The translations under genes were made by a program, and so were the position numbers. Below the pieces are notes generated by a model that searched no databases, had not been told where the DNA came from, and was given only the letters and a program-made list of their open reading frames with translations. 46,293 nucleotides of DNA from a virus (lineage: Duplodnaviria; Heunggongvirae; Uroviricota; Caudoviricetes), in the IMG/VR virus record IMGVR_UViG_2925897562_000003; one strand, 5' to 3'. Shown piece by piece: positions 40,852 through 46,293 of the stretch (position 1 is the first letter of the stretch; each line of letters opens with the position of its first letter).

Positions 40852-40907
40852 ACTGCTTTGGCGGTACCAGTTTGTACCCTTGCTTCCGGCTGGTACCGCT
40901 CTTTTTA
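40852..40907 (+). ncRNA. dicF: DicF-like small RNA candidate ending in an intrinsic terminator
   Basis: TTTGGCGGTACCAGTTT matches the core of E. coli DicF as I recall it (TTTGGCGGTATCAGTTTT); followed by a 10-bp stem GCGGTACCAG/CTGGTACCGC and CTCTTTTT. Confidence 0.4.
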
Positions 40908-41043
40908 CAAAACAGAGAAGAGCATCACCGGACGACGGGCTCATAACCCAATCCATCCGGGCGGCTGCCACCGCAGGTGTTCTTCTCCGTTTTGTGGAGA
41001 AACCAACCGACCTTGCAGGGTCGATATGATGAGGAGCAGCAAA

Positions 41044-41406
41044 ATGGCTAGCGAACGCAGTACTGATGTGCAGGCATTTATTGGGGAGCTGGACGGCGGC
41101 GTATTTGAAACCAAAATCGGCGCAGTTCTCAGTGAAGTCGCTTCCGGTGTGATGAACACGAAAACCAAAGGTAAGGTCTCGCTCAACCTGGAAATCGAAC
41201 CGTTTGATGAGAATCGTGTGAAAATCAAACACAAACTCTCGTATGTTCGCCCGACTAACCGCGGGAAAATTTCCGAAGAAGACACCACCGAAACGCCGAT
41301 GTATGTCAATCGCGGTGGTCGCCTGACTATTCTGCAGGAAGACCAGGGACAATTACTGACTCTTGCTGGTGAACCTGACGGAAAACTCCGCGCAGCAGGT
41401 CATTAA
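41044..41406 (+). CDS. Hypothetical early-left protein (120 aa; possibly YfdP-like)
   Basis: ATG at 41044 with GAGGAG RBS; ORF track extends upstream over the sRNA region. Confidence 0.5.
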   Translation: MASERSTDVQAFIGELDGGVFETKIGAVLSEVASGVMNTKTKGKVSLNLEIEPFDENRVKIKHKLSYVRPTNRGKISEEDTTETPMYVNRGGRLTILQEDQGQLLTLAGEPDGKLRAAGH

Positions 41407-41471
41407 TATCGTTCTTAATTAACTGATTATTTATCTCATCACTGAATATCTTTATATAGTGAGGACTTATT

Positions 41472-42296
41472 ATGTCTCAGAACTTAGACGCAACCGCAAT
41501 TAATCAAATCCATGCCCTTATTTCTGCTCAGGGTGTTAATGAAATTATCAGTAAGATTGGTGCCGATGCTGTGGCATTGCCTGAGAATTTCCGCATTCAT
41601 GATCTGGAAAAATTTAATTTAAATCGCTTCCGTTTCCGTGGTGCGCTTTCCACTGCCAGCATCGATGACTTTACCCGTTATTCTAAAGATCTTGCAGATG
41701 AAGGCACCCGCTGCTTTATCGATGCTGATAATATGCGTGCCGTCAGTGTGCTTAACCTGGGTACTATTGATGAACCAGGTCACGCAGATAACACCGCCAC
41801 TCTCAAACTGAAAAAGACAGCACCGTTCTCTGCTCTGTTGTCTGTTAATGGCGAGCGTAACTCCCAGAAATCACTGGCAGAATGGATTGAAGACTGGGCC
41901 GACTACCTTGTGGGCTTTGATGCTAATGGTGACACCATTCAGGCAACAAAAGCGGCTGCGGCGGTCCGTAAAATCACGATTGAAGCAAACCAGACCGCTG
42001 ATTTTGAAGATAATGACTTCAGCGGCAAACGCTCCCTGATGGAGTCTGTCGAAGCGAAGACCAAAGACATTATGCCAGTGGCATTTGAATTTAAATGCGT
42101 TCCGTTTGAAGGCCTTAAAGAACGTCCGTTTAAATTACGCCTCAGCATTATCACTGGCGATCGTCCTGTACTGGTTCTGCGCATTATTCAGCTGGAAGCG
42201 GTGCAGGAAGAAATGGCTAACGAATTTCGTGATCTGCTTGTTGAGAAATTTAAAGACAGCAAAGTAGAAACCTTTATTGGTACTTTCACCGCCTGA
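41472..42296 (+). CDS. Hypothetical phage protein (274 aa; YfdQ-like by size and context)
   Basis: ORF with GAGGA RBS; same length and gene order as the CPS-53 yfdQ-yfdR-yfdS cluster as I recall it. Confidence 0.5.
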   Translation: MSQNLDATAINQIHALISAQGVNEIISKIGADAVALPENFRIHDLEKFNLNRFRFRGALSTASIDDFTRYSKDLADEGTRCFIDADNMRAVSVLNLGTIDEPGHADNTATLKLKKTAPFSALLSVNGERNSQKSLAEWIEDWADYLVGFDANGDTIQATKAAAAVRKITIEANQTADFEDNDFSGKRSLMESVEAKTKDIMPVAFEFKCVPFEGLKERPFKLRLSIITGDRPVLVLRIIQLEAVQEEMANEFRDLLVEKFKDSKVETFIGTFTA

Positions 42297-42423
42297 TTTC
42301 ATTACTGCAAATGCCCCTGCGGGGGCATTTATGGAAACATAATTTACTCAATAATCGCCGGATGGTGATGGCTTCCTTTTACCAGAATTCAGCACGGTGC
42401 AGCGCATATACGTGGAGAACAAA

Positions 42424-42960
42424 ATGTCATTTATTAAAACTTTTTCCGGGAAGCATTTTTATTATGACAGGATAAATAAAGACGACATCGATATTAACGA
42501 TATCGCGGTTTCCCTTTCAAATATCTGTCGCTTTGCCGGTCATCTTTCGCACTTCTACAGCGTCGCCCAACATGCGGTTCTTTGCAGCCAGCTGGTGCCG
42601 CAGGAATTTGCTTTTGAAGCGTTAATGCATGATGCAACAGAAGCGTATTGCCAGGACATCCCCGCACCACTGAAACGACTTCTTCCTGACTATAAACGGA
42701 TGGAAGAAAAAATAGACGCCGTAATCCGTGAGAAATACGGGTTACCTCCTGTTATGAGCACGCCAGTGAAATATGCCGATCTCATCATGCTGGCAACCGA
42801 ACGCCGCGATCTCGGGCTTGATGATGGCTCTTTCTGGCCTGTGCTGGAAGGTATCCCGGCAACAGAGATGTTCAACGTGATTCCACTGGCTCCAGGCCAT
42901 GCCTACGGGATGTTTATGGAACGCTTTAACGAATTATCGGAGTTACGCAAATGCGCATGA
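42424..42960 (+). CDS. HD-domain phosphohydrolase (YfdR-like 5'-deoxynucleotidase), 178 aa
   Basis: HD signature ...AQHAV...HDATEAYCQDIP...; ATG at 42424 with GGAGA RBS (ORF track starts at GTG 42397). Confidence 0.7.
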   Translation: MSFIKTFSGKHFYYDRINKDDIDINDIAVSLSNICRFAGHLSHFYSVAQHAVLCSQLVPQEFAFEALMHDATEAYCQDIPAPLKRLLPDYKRMEEKIDAVIREKYGLPPVMSTPVKYADLIMLATERRDLGLDDGSFWPVLEGIPATEMFNVIPLAPGHAYGMFMERFNELSELRKCA

Positions 42961-43313
42961 GTGTTTTCGAAATGGAAGGGTTTCTTCGCGGGAAATGTGT
43001 ACCGCGAGATCTGAAAGTGAACGAAACAAATGCTGAGTACCTGGTACGTAAATTCGACGCGCTTGAAGCTAAATGTGCGGCACTGGAAAGCAAAATAATA
43101 CCAGTGTCAGCTGAACTGCCACCAGCAAATGAAAGTGTTCTGTTATTTGATGCTAACGGAGAAGGCTGGCTGATTGGCTGGCGTTCTCTCTGGTACACCT
43201 GGGGACAAAAAGAAACCGGAGAATGGCAGTGGACATTTCAGGTCGGGGACCTTGAAAACGTCAATATCACTCACTGGGCAGTAATGCCGAAAGCACCAGA
43301 GACTAAGAAATGA
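42951..43313 (+). CDS. DUF551-like phage protein (YfdS-like)
   Basis: 120 aa; Trp-rich C-terminal region typical of DUF551. Confidence 0.45.
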   Translation: MRMSVFEMEGFLRGKCVPRDLKVNETNAEYLVRKFDALEAKCAALESKIIPVSAELPPANESVLLFDANGEGWLIGWRSLWYTWGQKETGEWQWTFQVGDLENVNITHWAVMPKAPETKK

Positions 43314-43525
43314 GCGTGATAAAAACTCATACAGGAATTGTTATCACCCGAGACGGTGAAAAGCGGATGAAATTACATTCCACTGAAACGTCCTGGGTTG
43401 CCGGACGTTGTGAATCCTACGACAAAAAGACTGGTTACCGTTGGGGGGCACCTAACATGCGTCGCCGTCTGCTACTGGACAGCATCAGGCCAATAAAACA
43501 GGTAGCAACCAGGGAACAAAATTAA
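43310..43525 (+). CDS. Hypothetical protein (71 aa)
   Basis: ORF in operon context. Confidence 0.35.
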   Translation: MSVIKTHTGIVITRDGEKRMKLHSTETSWVAGRCESYDKKTGYRWGAPNMRRRLLLDSIRPIKQVATREQN

Positions 43526-43584
43526 TTATCAGGACTGGAATTTGATATTACTGCCCGTGTGCAGCGGGCTAAGTGGAGAAACAT

Positions 43585-43791
43585 ATGCTGAACCTCGATT
43601 GTGTTCCAATCTCAACTTATTGCAAAGAAACTGGCGAAACTCCTGAAGCAATAAACAAACGTGTACAGCGCGGTGTTTGGCGTGAAGGTGTTCAGGTTTT
43701 AAAGGTTGAAGGCGTTAAGGAGAGGTGGATTGATCTTAGTGAGGTTGCAAAATGGGCCAGACAAAACTGCTCAAACTACCGCGCGGCGTAA
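43585..43791 (+). CDS. xis: Excisionase-like DNA-binding protein
   Basis: Small basic protein immediately upstream of and overlapping int; ATG at 43585 with GGAG RBS. Confidence 0.6.
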   Translation: MLNLDCVPISTYCKETGETPEAINKRVQRGVWREGVQVLKVEGVKERWIDLSEVAKWARQNCSNYRAA

Positions 43792-44927
43792 CAATCAGGA
43801 AACACCGCCAGGGCGAAACGATCAATATAACTTTCACCTACAAAGGAGTTAAATGTCGTGAGCCTCTTTCCAATCTGGAAGTAATACCAAAGAACATAAA
43901 ATACGCCGAGCGCACACTCGGCGAAATTCATAATAAGATCGAAAGGGGAACATTCATTTATGCGGAATATTTTCCCCGTTCTGCTCGTTTGAAAATTTTT
44001 GGTAATGCTGCTGCAGGCAAAACGGTAAAAATGTACCTGGACGAATACCTTGAAATCTGCGAAACGAGAAAACTTTCACCCTCTACGATTGGTGGTTATA
44101 AAAAATGCCGTAGTGCGTTAGCCTCACTCCACATTTGCCCTGCAAGTGAATTAACACCAGCAATCCTGAAAGCGTGGATTCAAAGCCAGAAAACGACCTT
44201 AAAAACAATTCGCAACCAGTTATCTTTCCTGCGGTCAGCACTTGATGAAGCCGTAACCGATGGGGTACTTCAAATTAACCCCGTATCGTTGGTAACTGCT
44301 TCGCGCTACCAAAGTGATAAGTCAGAAGCAGAAAGCAGCTACGTGGTTGATCCGCTATCACCAGCAGAAGTTGATGCATTACTAGCAGCAGCCGGAAACA
44401 AACAATGGGAAAATCTGTTCCGGTTCGCTATACATACAGGCCTGCGTAGTTCTGAATTATGTGCCCTTCGATGGCGTGATATCGACTTTGTTGGAAAAAC
44501 TGCCCATGTCCAGAGCGCAAGTGTTGTCGGTGTTATCAAAGGAACAAAGACAAAAGCCGGTACTCGTAAAGTTGAACTGACAGAAGAGGCAATGTTGGCG
44601 CTGATAAATCAGAAGCCATTTACATTCATGAAGGATGCTACTGTCTTTGAAGATCCAAAGACAAACAAACCGTGGGCCAGCGCCGATGCGATAAGGAAAA
44701 AAGCGTGGATACCAACCTTACGTAAAGCAGGTATCCGGTACCGTAACCCATATCAGACCAGGCATACATTCGCCACCAGCCATATCAGCCGTGGTGCGAA
44801 CCTGTTCTGGCTTGCAGGCCAGATGGGCCATAAGGGACCAGAAATGCTATTTCGTCACTATGGCAGTTACCTTGCTGCATATGACGGACATACCGCTAAA
44901 AATACTAATGATACAAAACAGGCTTGA
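43752..44927 (+). CDS. int: Tyrosine recombinase / phage integrase
   Basis: 391 aa; C-terminal catalytic region (...HTGLRSSELCALRWRDID..., ...RHTFATSHISRGANLFWLAGQMGHKGPEMLFRHYGSY) with R..HxxR..Y arrangement. Confidence 0.9.
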   Translation: MGQTKLLKLPRGVTIRKHRQGETINITFTYKGVKCREPLSNLEVIPKNIKYAERTLGEIHNKIERGTFIYAEYFPRSARLKIFGNAAAGKTVKMYLDEYLEICETRKLSPSTIGGYKKCRSALASLHICPASELTPAILKAWIQSQKTTLKTIRNQLSFLRSALDEAVTDGVLQINPVSLVTASRYQSDKSEAESSYVVDPLSPAEVDALLAAAGNKQWENLFRFAIHTGLRSSELCALRWRDIDFVGKTAHVQSASVVGVIKGTKTKAGTRKVELTEEAMLALINQKPFTFMKDATVFEDPKTNKPWASADAIRKKAWIPTLRKAGIRYRNPYQTRHTFATSHISRGANLFWLAGQMGHKGPEMLFRHYGSYLAAYDGHTAKNTNDTKQA

Positions 44928-45222
44928 TGCTGCCCGAACAAATAGCCACTGAAACCTGATAAAAAGTTATTTGTGATGTGGTTATGTTCGTCATATCCAC
45001 ATCATACATACTTAAACATAAGGCACTTTTTACCTTGCAAAAATTCGAACCAAGTATATATGTTATAGGTGAACTTGGTACTCAGGCAGCTGTCCTAGTA
45101 CTAGGAACACGCGGGAAATCTTGGAGCCAGTACGTAGATTATGGTAAAATCCCGCGCCCCGTTCTGCGGGGAGCAATAAATGCCTCAAAAGGATACATTG
45201 GGGGGACTGAAAGGAGGTCTTT

Positions 45223-45471
45223 ATGTCAGAACTAGTCATGAAGATGTTTGGGCTGAATGATTTGGTCAAAGGCGGACAAGCCATGGCCGATCGTTTGAAC
45301 AAATCTGGTGTTAAAAACATCAAGGTCGTAGGGCGTGGTGCAGTTATTGTAGACCCATCTACTGACCCAGAAAAAATCACTCAGCTTAGGAAAGCAGCTA
45401 GAAAATTCGTCGAGCAGGATGCAAAAGCTGTTGCAGCCGCTAAAGCTAACTCAATGGACAATGACGACTAA
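45223..45471 (+). CDS. Hypothetical small soluble protein (82 aa)
   Basis: Strong AGGAGGT RBS; immediately followed (3-nt gap) by the membrane protein gene. Confidence 0.5.
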   Translation: MSELVMKMFGLNDLVKGGQAMADRLNKSGVKNIKVVGRGAVIVDPSTDPEKITQLRKAARKFVEQDAKAVAAAKANSMDNDD

Positions 45472-45474
45472 CAA

Positions 45475-46293
45475 ATGTTTGCATTGCTGATCATTCCACT
45501 TTTAGTAAGTGGATCCTTACTGGTTACATCGCCCCATAACATCAAATTATTCTATCGACTCCACCGTTACGACGGCCAGCTTCTCTATATGAAGGTGGCC
45601 ACGTACGGTGTGTACTCGTTCATTGTTGCAGTCGTGCTGGCGTATGCAACCAAGTACTTTATACCAAGCCTTACACTGGTCACATGGGTATCACATCTTA
45701 TTGATGGTAGTGCAGACCCTAAAGAAAACAGGATAACATCATGGCTCATCCTGCTATCAGTGGCGACTTGTGGAGTTGCTTTTATTTGGTTGCAGATATG
45801 CAAATTTCGTATGTTTGTGGCAGCAAAAACTATTAGTTCTGCATCCAATAATGCAATTTCTATCAATTTCGCAAAGCAACTAATCAGGCTTAATGAGTTG
45901 GAAAAACTGTTGTCTGATGGCTCACTTGGTCAGCTATTCTTTGATTCAGCGACTACAAACAGACCGGTACTGATAAGCCTGAAATGCCGCAAAGTATATG
46001 TCGGAACAGTTAACATGATTAGTGAGCCAAACGAAAAACAAGGCCCTAACCTTGAAATTTCTATTAGCCCAATCATATCTGGTTACAGGGACAAGGACAC
46101 ACTAAGGGTCCTGTTTTCAAATGATTACAACGATCTTGATGGAGTTGATACCAGTATCATATTTCCATTAAGTGAGGTTTCGCATGCTTCTTGGTTCAAT
46201 ATGGATATACATGAAAAAGTAGACAATAACCGAGAGAAGAAACCAGAAACAAACCGCAAGAAAAAACGTAAATATGGCAGGACTACGAATTGA
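45475..46293 (+). CDS. Hypothetical membrane protein (N-terminal TM helices, C-terminal soluble domain with basic tail)
   Basis: 272 aa; hydrophobic segments LLIIPLLVSGSLLV, VYSFIVAVVLAYA, WLILLSVATCGVAFIWL; AT-rich codon usage; ends at the window edge. Confidence 0.55.
   Translation: MFALLIIPLLVSGSLLVTSPHNIKLFYRLHRYDGQLLYMKVATYGVYSFIVAVVLAYATKYFIPSLTLVTWVSHLIDGSADPKENRITSWLILLSVATCGVAFIWLQICKFRMFVAAKTISSASNNAISINFAKQLIRLNELEKLLSDGSLGQLFFDSATTNRPVLISLKCRKVYVGTVNMISEPNEKQGPNLEISISPIISGYRDKDTLRVLFSNDYNDLDGVDTSIIFPLSEVSHASWFNMDIHEKVDNNREKKPETNRKKKRKYGRTTN

Noticed and set aside
40777-41352. 191-aa minus-strand ORF overlapping the DicF-like region and the first early-left gene
   Set aside because: Antisense to a plus-strand gene that has a good RBS and operon context, and runs through the sRNA terminator; most likely spurious.
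44928-45222. Possible tRNA or att core downstream of int
   Set aside because: No cloverleaf-compatible sequence or CCA-ending tRNA 3' segment seen, and no match to the lambda att core as recalled; att location remains undetermined rather than absent.

Overview
The window is almost entirely one lambdoid (lambda-like) prophage on the minus strand, with accessory cargo at both ends and in the Q-to-lysis gap. Reading left to right: (1) a complete EcoRII-like Type II restriction-modification cassette (R on +, Dcm-like M on -, convergent) followed by a stand-alone GIY-YIG nuclease gene; (2) a lambda-type tail module on the minus strand (tfa, stf, lom, J, I, K, L, M, H, G/T, V, U, Z); (3) a head module with a ClpP-like protease fused to the major capsid protein, portal, W-like protein and a lambda A-like large terminase plus small terminase; (4) a phage-21-type lysis cassette (pinholin S with dual start, SAR endolysin, Rz/Rz1) preceded by an orphan amino-methyltransferase; (5) a visibly AT-rich plus-strand cassette in the Q-to-lysis moron position: a 308-aa unknown protein plus a small multi-pass membrane protein gene split by an IS30-family insertion sequence; (6) Q antiterminator with an immediate strong terminator, then a nin-like region (DUF968, KilA-N, RusA, LexA-DNA-binding-domain-only protein, phage Dam-type methyltransferase, PerC-like regulator) and a replication gene with internal iteron-like repeats; (7) an immunity region with divergent cro-like and cI-like (S24 peptidase) repressor genes, palindromic operators, a terminator, a strong promoter, a roughly 600-nt ORF-poor leader ending in a DicF-like sRNA; (8) a plus-strand early-left operon (YfdP/Q/R/S-like genes, excisionase, tyrosine integrase); (9) a terminal AT-rich two-gene cassette (82-aa protein plus 272-aa membrane protein) after int. 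The best candidates for an undescribed system are the IS-disrupted AT-rich cassette (30354-32887), the terminal small-protein/membrane-protein pair (45223-46293) and the GIY-YIG gene beside the R-M cassette (3084-3857). All protein identifications rest on reading the translations and recalling family signatures; no database search was run.
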